Shown: positions 9,182 through 19,275, counted from the stretch's first letter. The stretch: DNA of 32,000 nt from an uncultured Nitrososphaerota archaeon (GCA_964480775.1 CAYZRF010000003.1:60001-92000), one strand, 5' to 3'. Numbers and translations: made by a program. Notes: a model not told the origin generated them from the letters alone.

Positions 9182-9327
9182 GCCATCTCAAGTTAGAGGG
9201 TTATGGCTTTTTATTCAAATTATCGTTTAGAACCTATCACAAGCTAAGTTTCAATCTGAGTCGATGAAAATTCACAAAAGCTAATTTAGATTAGAGTGGA
9301 TTTCTCGTTCAGATAATTCATGAGTTT

Positions 9328-11781
9328 CTAGTTTTTGCGTTTTTCTCTACTTTCCCTAAGCGTTTTATTGATTTCTTCACTAAGTTCTCTGCTCCTTTTC
9401 ATCCAATGAAAACCAGGTCTTGGATATACGTCTTTCCTCTTGAAAAGCTTTAATGCCTGCGATAACCTCTTTTCTATTTCCTGAATGAGATCTCCAAAGG
9501 ATTTCATGTATCTATTTAGATTTTCTCTTAGCTTTGCTATGTCCTCCACAATGTCCTTTGGAATCTCACATTTTATGCACCTTAAGCCAGCAACAGCTTT
9601 TTCAAATGCCTCTAGTTGTTTTTCTATCTCGTCAAGTAGTGCTTGCATCTCTTCAATGCAACTTTGTAACGTTTCTGCTGGTCTTCTAGCACTCCAAGCA
9701 TACCTATGACTCACCCAAGATTGAAGTTGAGTACAGAGAACTTCGGCTTTTTTTCTAAGTTTTATGGCGTTTTCTCTTGGATCTATACCAGTAAACCCCT
9801 TGGCAATGCCTATTCCTATCTCCCTTATAGCTATGTCTTTAAGGTCTAAGAGCGTTGATAGCACGTCTGAAACCTCCCTTAAAAAGCCTTTTGCTATGTC
9901 CTTTGCGATGTCCTCCCCTAGCTCCTTCAATGCGGCCTCTCCTCCCTCTTTAAATGCCTTAGTGGCCTTACTCTTGGCTGAACTCACTAGATTAACTATT
10001 TTCTGGACTTTTTCCGCATCCTCATATAGCTCCTTCTCAGCTCCGATCCAATGAGAGATTAGAGCAACAATTGTGTCCCATTCTACCAGAAGGCGCGCTA
10101 CTTCCCTTGTGTACTCGTCCCACCTTTTCCTTTTCTCTTCGAACCGATCCATGATATCGCCAATTTCTGTGCTTAAATCCATCTGCGCGTTCCAACACTT
10201 GTCTTCCTCCTCTTTGACAACTTCTGGGTGTTCTTTGCAGAAATCCCCTTTCTTAGGTTTCTTCTTAAGCATTAAAATCAATATGATACTAATTATGATC
10301 CCGGAGATCCCTAAAAGAATTGGAAGGATGGAAGCGGCAGCCAAAACTAAGATCGTAATTGATTCGTTGACGGGATCAACTTCATCTTCTGGCTCTAGTT
10401 TAACCAGCACATCATGTTCTCCAATTTCAGAGACCCACTCAGGGCTTGTGAAAGTATTACTTCCTGGATTGAGTTCTACGTTGATCTGCCAAAACGGCGT
10501 ATTTGTCTCGCTTGAATAATCTATGAAAACCCTCAAAATCCCAGCTAGGATGTTCTCTCCATCGTAGAACACAGTTATGGTGAAGGAAATTTTCTCTCCT
10601 TCCATTGGATTCCCAATCGAGGGAGAGATCTGGCTTATTGAAACACTCGGCACGTATGATGGAGGAGTTGGCTGGGCTGACGTGCCTATCTCGACGGTTA
10701 CTTTTGTGATGCTTGTTCCACCGTCGTCATCGGTTACATTGAGGGTTACATCATAGCTTCCTTCATTTTGATAGGTGTGGGTTACAACCTCTCCTTGTCC
10801 AAAGCTTCCATCTCCAAAGTCCCATTCATAAGTGAGGTTATCCATCCCTGGATCGAAAGCTTGGCCAAGGAATGTAATCTCTTCTCCAGCGATGAAAGAT
10901 CCATTCGCGGATATGCTAAGATTCGATGGAGGTACATTGAGAACCGTAATCACATGAGTAGCGTTGTCGGTGAGCCCAAGTATGTCCTTTACCCATAAAG
11001 CGACCCGTACTACAGTATTGTCAGAGTATATGACTACGACCCAAGGAAGATCGGAGGAGTAGTCTGGAATCCCGTCTCCATTTAAGTCCCACTCGTACAG
11101 TACTATAGGTGCATCAGTGGATATTGAAGCAGAGCCGTTCAAAAGAATTTCAGTTCCCTCAGGAACCTCTGAAGCTGCCTCTATTTGGGCTTGAGGAGGA
11201 AAGACTAGCCAGATTTCAGGAGGCTCTTCCCCAAAATCTGGTATCACATCGGTGACTATACCAGATAGGACAAAAGTGACGAAGCGAACCGACTTTTGGA
11301 CGTTATTTCCCGATTCTAAGATGTCTGAGCGTGAAAACGTTATTCTTACGTAATTAGGACCTAGCTCAACGTTTGGCTCCCCTATTTTTGACCATCCGCT
11401 AGATGTAAAGTTCTCTATCCATTTCGAGAAAATTAAGCCGTTCTTAATTTCAACTCCAACGTCAAAATCAGCTCCGATACCGTTAAATGCATATATTGGT
11501 GTGGATTGTCCCGTTTTCTCATCTAAATCCGTATCAAAAGCAAATTCAAGGCTGATCCATGCATTTGGAGGGAAGTTAGATGCCATTGTAACTGTAATGG
11601 AGACTTCGGTGATCGAAATCTCCGCATACAGACTTACCGCATCGTGCCAAGCCTCCCCAGGAACAGGAAGCCCAGTGTTCCAGTCAAAAAAATCATTAAT
11701 CTCTCCATCCTTTATTGTTACCGTATGGACGGGCTGACAGACTACCCAAGTAGGTTTAAGAAACAAACAAATGAAAAGCAT
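9328..11781 (-). CDS. Single-pass membrane protein. Secreted N-terminal beta-sandwich, two PKD domains and a CARDB-like domain, then a TM helix and a ~310-aa cytoplasmic alpha-helical/coiled-coil domain of unknown function.
   Basis: 817 aa with a hydrophobic N-terminus. PKD signatures: YEWDLNGDGIPDYSS and YEWDFGDGSFGQGEVVTHTYQNEGSYDVTLNVTDDDGGTS. TM segment: ILPILLGISGIIISIILILMLKKKPKK. The C-terminal region is rich in E/K/L heptad-like sequence. Confidence 0.7.
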   Translation of the reverse strand: MLFICLFLKPTWVVCQPVHTVTIKDGEINDFFDWNTGLPVPGEAWHDAVSLYAEISITEVSITVTMASNFPPNAWISLEFAFDTDLDEKTGQSTPIYAFNGIGADFDVGVEIKNGLIFSKWIENFTSSGWSKIGEPNVELGPNYVRITFSRSDILESGNNVQKSVRFVTFVLSGIVTDVIPDFGEEPPEIWLVFPPQAQIEAASEVPEGTEILLNGSASISTDAPIVLYEWDLNGDGIPDYSSDLPWVVVIYSDNTVVRVALWVKDILGLTDNATHVITVLNVPPSNLSISANGSFIAGEEITFLGQAFDPGMDNLTYEWDFGDGSFGQGEVVTHTYQNEGSYDVTLNVTDDDGGTSITKVTVEIGTSAQPTPPSYVPSVSISQISPSIGNPMEGEKISFTITVFYDGENILAGILRVFIDYSSETNTPFWQINVELNPGSNTFTSPEWVSEIGEHDVLVKLEPEDEVDPVNESITILVLAAASILPILLGISGIIISIILILMLKKKPKKGDFCKEHPEVVKEEEDKCWNAQMDLSTEIGDIMDRFEEKRKRWDEYTREVARLLVEWDTIVALISHWIGAEKELYEDAEKVQKIVNLVSSAKSKATKAFKEGGEAALKELGEDIAKDIAKGFLREVSDVLSTLLDLKDIAIREIGIGIAKGFTGIDPRENAIKLRKKAEVLCTQLQSWVSHRYAWSARRPAETLQSCIEEMQALLDEIEKQLEAFEKAVAGLRCIKCEIPKDIVEDIAKLRENLNRYMKSFGDLIQEIEKRLSQALKLFKRKDVYPRPGFHWMKRSRELSEEINKTLRESREKRKN

Positions 11782-12130
11782 GGTACACAGGAATAAATGA
11801 ATTCTTAGGAGGACTTTTTCAAAGGGTTTCGTCTTAAGAGGCAGTTAAATCAACTCATTTAATTTAACAAGGTGAAAATATAAACTCACAAACTCAAAGG
11901 ACCTTTCTTTAGACCTAGCTCTATGGTGAAAAACTTAACGCCTTTCGTACTCAAAATAGGAGTTATGAGAGCTCATCTTGGCTTTTTTGAGCAAGAGATT
12001 AGAATATCGGCTTCTTGCGTGTGCTTGGGTGTCTTTCTAAATTTTTCTAATTGAAGTATCACTTATCCGCACAGAAAGGAAATATAATGCGCAAAATAAC
12101 TATATACTGTATAGTTTATTATATTTAGAC

Positions 12131-12751
12131 GTGGTTAAGGGATTGATGTTGTTGTTTCAACTTGAAAAGGTGCTTCTGCTATTTCTTTCGTTAGCTCTAT
12201 TTATCACCAGCCTAATGGTGTCCTTGGCGTATCTTATGCAAAATATAGCAAGCAAACTGACATCAAAGCTGATAGGAGTAAAACTTGCCCAGTCAAGGGT
12301 GATTGACCGTTTATACACAGCCGCATGGTTATTTGCTGGAGTCCTAGGGATTTGGCTTAGTGGTCTGAAGATATCAATGCTTGCTATCTCTGCTTTCTTT
12401 GCATTCAAGGGTGGAGCTGATCTTAGTAGTAGAGTTGAGTACGGATTCCACGATTTGTCCCTACTTAAGGGAAAGTCTTTTCCTAAGAGAATCATAGGGA
12501 AAGCCGTTGGGGTTGCTGCTCTGCCAAGCGTTTTCTTCTTGATAATATGGAAGCTCTTCCAACAAATTTTATCTTCTTTAGCGTCAGAATTTTTAGGAAT
12601 TAGGGTAGACACTCTTGTTCTTTGGCTTTGGGCTGCTGGTCTTGTTTTTGGGTTGCTTTTTGGGGTTATTAGATCTAGAGGAGAAGAAGGGATACTTCTA
12701 AAGGGAGAATTGGCGCTTATCTTAGGACTTAGGATAGTGGGAGGAGATTAA
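12131..12751 (+). CDS. Hypothetical polytopic membrane protein
   Basis: 206 aa (GTG start; an alternative ATG lies at 12146). It has several hydrophobic helices (LLLFLSLALFITSLMVSLAYL, WLFAGVLGIWLSG, VAALPSVFFLIIW, LWLWAAGLVFGLLFGVI). I recognise no family. Confidence 0.45.
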   Translation: MVKGLMLLFQLEKVLLLFLSLALFITSLMVSLAYLMQNIASKLTSKLIGVKLAQSRVIDRLYTAAWLFAGVLGIWLSGLKISMLAISAFFAFKGGADLSSRVEYGFHDLSLLKGKSFPKRIIGKAVGVAALPSVFFLIIWKLFQQILSSLASEFLGIRVDTLVLWLWAAGLVFGLLFGVIRSRGEEGILLKGELALILGLRIVGGD

Positions 12752-13201
12752 TGTTTCCTATCAACATCTAATTATCAGATAGAGACTACTCATACTATTT
12801 CCCGCTCTAATTGCTTGTGGCTGCATTAAAGAAATCTCTGTCTAGATTTCTCTCTTTTCTTTACAGTTTTTGGGAATTTTCTTAAAATCTGTTTATAATA
12901 GAACATCTTGCGAACTATCCTATTAGTCTCCGTTCTACGGTAATGTTCTCTCCACAGTCGTGGAATTCTTCTTTTAACTCTCCTTCTAGGTTTACCCACC
13001 AATGTATACCTCGTAATAGATGTATTTTTCTTGTTTTTAAAGTATCGAATTCTTCACAAACAGCTTTTTCTTTGTCTGGCATAGTTGTGACCTCCTTTAC
13101 ATATTTCAAGATTAAATGCGTTTTCTGATTAGTTAGCTCTTTATTCTTGACCCAAAAAATGTATACAGCCACTTTCTCTCATGAGCACTTTTCTCAAATA
13201 T

Positions 13202-13735
13202 TCAAAACTTAGTTGCGATAAACTCATTACTGCCAAGATGAAGCAATGGTTTGGCGGATTTTAGGTTGTATAATCCGTCCTCTGCTAGTACTCCCTGTTT
13301 GGCATATGCTTGAACGACCCTTCCAACAAATATGTCGTGATCGCCTGCTGGAATAACCATTTCGAGCTTACACTCAAGAAAAGCAATGCATTCTCCTATC
13401 CTTGGTACTTTAACCTCTCTAGAGGGCTCTTTCGTAAGTCTAGTTTCCTTAAATTTGTCGAAATCTCTTCCAGACTTCCTTCCACAGAACAATACCTGAT
13501 CTTTTAGTTCATACGGTGGGATATTAACCACAAATTCTCTATCTTCAACTATGAGCTTATGAGAGTAGCGTTTAGGACTCACGGATAATGCCAGAAGGGG
13601 AGGGTTCCTGCTTATAGGCATGATCCAAGCTATAGATATTATATTGGGCTTTTCAATCCCACAAGTAACGAGAACAGCTCTGTAGGGGTGAAGGAGGTAA
13701 GTATATCTCTCAAATGGTACTTCTTCTAGCGACAT
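13202..13735 (-). CDS. Flavin reductase-like FMN-binding (split-barrel) protein
   Basis: 177 aa. YRAVLVTCG...NIISIAWIMPISRNPPLLALSVSPKRYSHKLI...EFVVNIP is the typical flavin-reductase-domain pattern. Confidence 0.8.
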   Translation of the reverse strand: MSLEEVPFERYTYLLHPYRAVLVTCGIEKPNIISIAWIMPISRNPPLLALSVSPKRYSHKLIVEDREFVVNIPPYELKDQVLFCGRKSGRDFDKFKETRLTKEPSREVKVPRIGECIAFLECKLEMVIPAGDHDIFVGRVVQAYAKQGVLAEDGLYNLKSAKPLLHLGSNEFIATKF

Positions 13736-13903
13736 ACTCTATCAGAAGAATCAAAATTAATAAGTTCTATTCCTTCTCTCAAGGAAAGAAAATCCAAGTT
13801 TGAAAACTCACATGCAGTTAACAAAATTGATAAGCAGATTGGTGTTGTAAATAGTTGAGAATTCTTTCTAATATCGTTTCGACGGGCGATAGCTCGCCTC
13901 TGA

Positions 13904-14365
13904 TTATGGTTTATTTAGCAAGTATTCAGCTACCGTTGCACCAGGACCATAGACTTTGACTCTTATCTTTGAACCAGAGACATATTTCCCCTCAAGCTTG
14001 AGGCGTAACAACTCATCTACATCCAAAACATTGTCTTCTTTCTTTAACTCCTGAACATCGGTCACTTTAAAGAGTTCGTCTTTAATGAAAACCTGCCAAA
14101 GGGAAGGGTCCCTTTGCTTATCTGAGGAGCCTAAAGATAAACTTTCAGGGCCGAGATTTCTTATGTAAACATATATGTTATCGGTTCCAAAGCCAGAAAC
14201 GGCAACGATCTCTAAAGAAGTCCGTGATCCGACCAAGTTTAGCCTTTCTATGGATCCCGAAATCCATGTAGACGATGGAGTCAAGATGAGTAAAGCAAGC
14301 AGCGTAGATACTATAAGAAGCGTTACTAGAAGGGCTGTCTTAGAGGCTCCACTCATATCTATCAT
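13904..14365 (-). CDS. Archaeal type IV pilin/archaellin-accessory-like protein (candidate class III signal peptide plus beta-rich domain)
   Basis: 153 aa. The N-terminus MIDMSG/ASKTALLVTLLIVSTLLALLIL has a short polar leader and a small residue pair before a long hydrophobic helix. The rest is beta-strand-like. The family assignment is tentative. Confidence 0.4.
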   Translation of the reverse strand: MIDMSGASKTALLVTLLIVSTLLALLILTPSSTWISGSIERLNLVGSRTSLEIVAVSGFGTDNIYVYIRNLGPESLSLGSSDKQRDPSLWQVFIKDELFKVTDVQELKKEDNVLDVDELLRLKLEGKYVSGSKIRVKVYGPGATVAEYLLNKP

Positions 14366-14566
14366 TAAAAACTCGTAGACTTTACTAAATAAACCTTCGG
14401 TTGGTGGTTTTTAATGGTAAAAATATTTTACAGCTATGGCGCATCGCCTAGAAAAACCAATCTCAAATCGGAATCCATTCTAAATCCTCTTGAGACAAGC
14501 CATGACCTATGCGTCTGAACACATCAGACCTCTAACTTTATTGGTAAAAGGATAAAAGATGAGCTA

Positions 14567-15628
14567 ATGGCTAAGATAATAGATTTAAGGAGTGATACCG
14601 TTACTCTTCCCACGCAGTCCATGCTTAAGGCCATTGTAGAGGCCAAGCTTGGAGACGATGTTTTTGGGGAGGATCCGACCGTAAGACAGCTGGAAGAGAT
14701 GGCAGCTGATAAGATGGGAATGGAAGCTGGATTGCTTGTCGTCAGCGGAACAATGGGCAATCTAGTTTCTTTATTATCGCATTGTAACAGAGGAGACGAG
14801 GCCATAGTGGGAAACCTCTCTCACACATTCCTTTATGAGGCCGGAGGAATTTCTGCTTTGGGCGGAATACACTCACACCAAGTGCCAAACCAGCCAGATG
14901 GAACAATGCTGCTGGAGGACATAGAATCAGCAATCCACAAGGAAGATAACGTACATCTAGCTCCTACCCGCGTTATTTGCTTAGAAAATACACATAACAG
15001 ATGTTATGGGACTCCTCTAACTCCAGAGTACACATCGGCAGTCAGCGATCTTGCTAAGAGCTTTAACCTGAAGCTACACATAGACGGGGCACGCATTTTT
15101 AATGCAGCAGTAGCCCTTAGATGCGAAGCAAAGGAACTAGTTAAGGGAGCTGATTCAGTAACTTTCTGTCTTTCTAAGGGGTTATCGGCTCCTATAGGTT
15201 CCGTGATCTGTGGTAGTGCAGGGTTTATTCACAGGGCTAGAAGGATGAGAAAGCTAGTTGGGGGAGGAATGCGCCAAGCTGGCATCATAGCTGCCGCAGG
15301 AATAGTAGCGCTGGAAGAGATGATCGATAGGCTTGTTGAGGACCATGAAAACGCAAAAAGACTTGCTGAAGGAATTTCTAAGATTCCAGGTCTTTTAATA
15401 GATGTGGATAGAGTGAAGACAAACATCCTTTACTTCGATATTGCACCTGAGACCCCAATACAGCCACTAGAATTCTTAAAGAAGTTAAACGAGAAAGGAG
15501 TGAAGATACTAAAAGTGGGAGGAAGTCGCTTCAGGGCAGTTACTCATTACGGGATAGAGAGAGAGGATATCGAAACGGCTTTGTTTGCGATAAATGAGGT
15601 CATCGAGGAGCTTCAAGAGACTAGTTAA
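14567..15628 (+). CDS. ltaE: Low-specificity L-threonine aldolase (PLP-dependent, beta-eliminating lyase fold)
   Basis: 353 aa. Signatures: IDLRSDTVTLPT...LGDDVFGEDPTV..LE...SGTMGNL and the PLP-lysine context TFCLSKGLSAPIGS. Confidence 0.85.
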   Translation: MAKIIDLRSDTVTLPTQSMLKAIVEAKLGDDVFGEDPTVRQLEEMAADKMGMEAGLLVVSGTMGNLVSLLSHCNRGDEAIVGNLSHTFLYEAGGISALGGIHSHQVPNQPDGTMLLEDIESAIHKEDNVHLAPTRVICLENTHNRCYGTPLTPEYTSAVSDLAKSFNLKLHIDGARIFNAAVALRCEAKELVKGADSVTFCLSKGLSAPIGSVICGSAGFIHRARRMRKLVGGGMRQAGIIAAAGIVALEEMIDRLVEDHENAKRLAEGISKIPGLLIDVDRVKTNILYFDIAPETPIQPLEFLKKLNEKGVKILKVGGSRFRAVTHYGIEREDIETALFAINEVIEELQETS

Positions 15629-15939
15629 AAAACAACTAGGACTGTATTGTGTTTTCTTTTTCAGTAGCACCATCAAATCTTTGATCTCTTATATCTTTTT
15701 GGTATTCTGCTTTTGCTTCCAACGTATGAAGTAATTTGGAGAAACAACAGAAATAGTAACATCAAATGTCCTTTATCTTATGACATTAGCACCGAAGACT
15801 AAAAAAATCTTCTCAGAGTTGGAGGCGAAAAAGAAAAACGAACGCGAAGATCGACTCACTTTAGCTACCGTATTATTCTTTAAATCAAGAAAAGTCAACT
15901 AAATGTTTAAATCGTAGGCAAAACAATGTATCTCGTAAG

Positions 15940-17319
15940 TTGAACCTATCTAGTTTTAGCATACCAAAAGAGATATTGGAATTCATAAATATTCCAGGAA
16001 ATCATAGCCTTCTTATAAAGGGCCGTCCAGGCACAGGAAAAACCATATTCTCGCTCTCTATCATTAAGGAATTTTTAGACAACCGACCCTGCACTTACTT
16101 AACTTCAAGGGTTTCAAGAAGCGATATTTTGTCTCAATATCCTTGGCTTAAGGATGTAGAACTTCTTACAGTTGGAGAGGAAACATTTGTTGACATTAGG
16201 CTCACAACCCCCTCTCAAACTATAAAGGAGATTTTAGGACTGCTTAGGCCTGAATTATGCGTTATAATAGATTCTTGGGACTATTACGCAAACCTTATCC
16301 CCCCAGAAGACAGAGACAGGGCTGAAATGTCGATAATCTCTAGCGCAAGTGCTCTAGGAGCTTTCGTAATTTTCGTTGGGGAGAGAGAAGGAACCTCCTC
16401 CCTAGATTTCTTGGTAGACGGAATAGTTTGCTTACAAAAACTAGAAGTTGAGGGAAGGCTTGTAAGAGAGCTAGTGGTGGAGAAATTAAGAGGCATGAGG
16501 ATATTAAGAAGTAGGTATATTTTCACACTTCGCAACGGATTATTTAGGTGTTCTAAACCATGGAGATGGGAAATAATTCCGAAAAACAGAAGAAAAAAAG
16601 TGCAGACAGTTTTTCTTACCGAAAAAGGAAAACTTCCATCAAAAATAGAAGGCTTGGATGAGATTCTTGGAGGGGGATGGACCAGAGGGTCTATAAACTT
16701 GCTTGAAGTCTATGAGGGTGTAGGAAGCAGGTATATAGCATTTCTTGTGCCATCAGGTCAAGCTCATATACAAAGAGGTGATTCTTTAATCGACTTACCT
16801 AGTTCTTCATTTAGAGGGGCTGACATAGTAGAAAACTTCTTGAAGGGATATGTCTCCCCAGATCCTGAACAAAGACTTAGGTTCGTTCTACCACCACCTA
16901 GTGCGGAAAGGATAGGAGGAAAATATGTTCTACCCCTATATATGAAGGATCCTGAAGAGGCTGCCGACCAATTCATCAATTATTGCGCGAGTTTGATAAC
17001 AAAATCTGCAGATGGTACACTTTACACGATAATAGGCCTTGATACTTTAGAAAACGAGTTGGGTCCTGATGGTGCCTTGGAATTCATGTATCAAATTGGT
17101 TCTTGGGTAAAAACGAACAACACTTTCTGTTTCGTTGTGATGAAGGAAGGTCAGAGGATCCCTCGACGGGTTGTCCATTTGGCAGATACTCATTTTAAGA
17201 TAAGACCAAAGGGGGGGAGCATAATCTTCTATGGAATTGTTCCTGAGACAGGAGCTATGATCTTAGAAACATCTTTCGAAGAAGGATATCCAAGGGCCTT
17301 TCTGATCCCTATAGAATAG
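15940..17319 (+). CDS. Two-domain KaiC/RecA-superfamily ATPase. The N-domain is intact and the C-domain has a degenerate P-loop.
   Basis: 459 aa with a TTG start. Domain 1 has Walker A GRPGTGKT and Walker B-like LCVIIDSWD. Domain 2 has the KaiC-like opening IEGLDEILGGGWTRGSINLL, but the P-loop position reads YEGVGSRY. A Walker B-like IIGLDTLE is retained. Confidence 0.6.
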   Translation: MNLSSFSIPKEILEFINIPGNHSLLIKGRPGTGKTIFSLSIIKEFLDNRPCTYLTSRVSRSDILSQYPWLKDVELLTVGEETFVDIRLTTPSQTIKEILGLLRPELCVIIDSWDYYANLIPPEDRDRAEMSIISSASALGAFVIFVGEREGTSSLDFLVDGIVCLQKLEVEGRLVRELVVEKLRGMRILRSRYIFTLRNGLFRCSKPWRWEIIPKNRRKKVQTVFLTEKGKLPSKIEGLDEILGGGWTRGSINLLEVYEGVGSRYIAFLVPSGQAHIQRGDSLIDLPSSSFRGADIVENFLKGYVSPDPEQRLRFVLPPPSAERIGGKYVLPLYMKDPEEAADQFINYCASLITKSADGTLYTIIGLDTLENELGPDGALEFMYQIGSWVKTNNTFCFVVMKEGQRIPRRVVHLADTHFKIRPKGGSIIFYGIVPETGAMILETSFEEGYPRAFLIPIE

Positions 17320-17398
17320 TTTAAGTGTGGAATTGTAAAGATTACAACGATATAAGGCTTTCTAAGTGTTAAACGAGCTTTATTTTAATGCTATGAAT

Positions 17399-19246
17399 TC
17401 AAAGCGTCATTAGAATACTCATAATAACCTGAGTCAATATTGAGCTGGTCATCAGTCCCGTGGCGATCAACATTCCCTTTTCTTTGTACCACTTCTTTCC
17501 CAGCTTTCTGTCTGTAATTAACCTGGCAAAACCTCCCAAAGCTATGGGAATTATGTAGTTTGGGGGAAGTATCATGCCCATGGCAAGACCCGTCATAGAT
17601 AGGGGGGTAGCAACCTCCAAAATAGCACCAACTATCCCACCAGCCACAAACAGGGTTGGATCCACCGTTCCTCCAATGTTTCCAGTTGCTAACATCCTGA
17701 CATAAATACTGCTTTGAAGCAATCCCGCTGCTGGCATCTGTTCGTTTCCAAAACCGAGGTATCTCCAAAGCGCGATGGTCACAAAAGCGCTAATTGCAAA
17801 AGTCGGAACCCAACCAATAAGCTTAGCCTTAACGATGTCTTTTATGCTAACATCTAAAGAATCCTTGTACTTCACCAATCCTGTTATGCTTGGAGCTGTC
17901 CATGGACTTGGCCTAAAGTACGGAGCGACCATGTATCCTGTGTAGCCCCTATAACCCATAGTGAAGACTGGGATGTCGTAAAGGATTATTCCCGTTGTCC
18001 CCATGGACATGCCTGTCTCTCCAGTCATTTTAGTCAATATAACTATCTCGATGAAACTCGCAATGAAAGATGCGTATGCTGCAAAGACAACCGAGAACCA
18101 CCTTGGAAGAGGATAAAAAGGATGCAGAACGTAGGCCGCAACCAAGAGGGATGCAAGTAGCGCGAAAAATGTAAAAGTAAGTTTCTTGCTCTGAAGAAGC
18201 TTCCTCCAAAAGATCTTGTACAAGTACGCATACCCCAAAGTTTCATTCTCCTTTTCATTCTCTTCAGTCTTCCGTATTATCTTCCTCTTCAGAAAGAAGA
18301 GGAAAGAAAGACCAAAACCACCTAGAATAAGCATTCCTATTGCTGGCGAGATGGAAAAACCGAAGATCATGTTGTTGTAAAATTCCTGAATGCTTTCAGA
18401 ATATTCAACTATGTTATGGGAGACTAGATAAGGTGACAAGACCAAATAAGTTAATAGACCAGAGATCAAAAGGCTCAGAGAAACTTGAGCACTGATAATG
18501 TATCCAACAGCGGCGAATCCGAGGCTTAGGGTTATAGCAAAGACAGCACCTTTTGGTAGGTAGGGGGTGAGGTTTATGTTCACTAAGTTTATCCCTATCG
18601 TACCCAGACCGTACTGTAATAACGTAATTATGAGCCCTGCTAAAGCAGAAATCCCGACTAATTTTGCTTCGCCACCTCCTTTTATGCAAGCATCTATAAG
18701 TGATGCAGAAACTGCATAGTTTGGAAATACCATCTTTTCGCTCTTAACAAACTCACTGCTCAGGAGAACTGCAAATACAAGGCCTAAGGTGGTCGCCATA
18801 AGCTCGAGAGAAAACAACATCAAAACGGGCTTTGTCCATACTCCAAAACCCAAGGATGGATCTGTATTTGGAGGATACAGCCAAGATGGAAAAGAAACAT
18901 CCGAGAAACGCTCTGTTAAGAAAATAGCTAGACCTAGTATCCAGTGGGCTGCAAGCGTTGAGGTGCTAATAATGTAAGCAATACCTAGCTCTCCCCTAGA
19001 ACTTCCACCAAGCATTTTGTGAAGCATTGCATATGAAACGATGATTGTCACTACACCAAATCCAAAACCCATACCGAAATTTATTCCAAGGTAAGCGTTC
19101 AATATGGTTGAAAGAACAGCAAAGAAAAGACCTATAATAACAGCTCTAAGGGTAAACTTTCTTTTTGATCTCAAGATCTTCACCTGTCTTAAGCCAGATC
19201 CCATATTTGTCACCAATTTTAATACCTCCGCACATGTGTTAATCAC
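17399..19246 (-). CDS. OPT-family (oligopeptide/metal-chelate) transporter, polytopic membrane protein
   Basis: 615 aa with about 16 hydrophobic segments. Size and architecture fit the OPT family, including the glycine-rich early helices (INFGMGFGFGVVTII). The assignment rests on pattern memory only. Confidence 0.6.
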   Translation of the reverse strand: MINTCAEVLKLVTNMGSGLRQVKILRSKRKFTLRAVIIGLFFAVLSTILNAYLGINFGMGFGFGVVTIIVSYAMLHKMLGGSSRGELGIAYIISTSTLAAHWILGLAIFLTERFSDVSFPSWLYPPNTDPSLGFGVWTKPVLMLFSLELMATTLGLVFAVLLSSEFVKSEKMVFPNYAVSASLIDACIKGGGEAKLVGISALAGLIITLLQYGLGTIGINLVNINLTPYLPKGAVFAITLSLGFAAVGYIISAQVSLSLLISGLLTYLVLSPYLVSHNIVEYSESIQEFYNNMIFGFSISPAIGMLILGGFGLSFLFFLKRKIIRKTEENEKENETLGYAYLYKIFWRKLLQSKKLTFTFFALLASLLVAAYVLHPFYPLPRWFSVVFAAYASFIASFIEIVILTKMTGETGMSMGTTGIILYDIPVFTMGYRGYTGYMVAPYFRPSPWTAPSITGLVKYKDSLDVSIKDIVKAKLIGWVPTFAISAFVTIALWRYLGFGNEQMPAAGLLQSSIYVRMLATGNIGGTVDPTLFVAGGIVGAILEVATPLSMTGLAMGMILPPNYIIPIALGGFARLITDRKLGKKWYKEKGMLIATGLMTSSILTQVIMSILMTL

Positions 19247-19275
19247 AAAATGTTAGTATCCCAAAGGGTAAGCTA

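Noticed and set aside
8343-9230. 295-aa plus-strand ORF (and 8261..8617) overlapping the GGR-like gene
   Set aside because: It is antisense to a gene with clear FAD-binding motifs. Its translation is low-complexity and Ser/Pro/Leu-rich with no motifs. The same reasoning applies to 1151..2026, 2834..3157, 3704..4860, 5778..6181, 7136..7541, 9485..11737, 12157..12612, 14524..14933, 16284..16979, 17391..18977, 27222..27871, 28911..29288 and 30497..30922.
12098-12116. 7-bp inverted repeat AACTATA-(5 nt)-TATAGTT just upstream of the 12131 gene
   Set aside because: It lies inside a very AT-rich promoter-like region where such short palindromes arise by chance. It may simply be the TATA region.
12830-12851. 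8-bp inverted repeat AGAAATCT-(6 nt)-AGATTTCT followed by a T-rich tract downstream of the membrane protein gene
   Set aside because: It is short and AT-rich, so it is easily produced by chance. At most it is a weak bidirectional terminator, and I judged it not worth a feature call.
12915-13172. 85-aa minus-strand ORF between the membrane protein and flavin reductase genes
   Set aside because: It has no recognisable motif. It overlaps an equally unconvincing plus-strand ORF (12943..13128). It could be a small protein starting at the internal MPDKEK, but I cannot support that.
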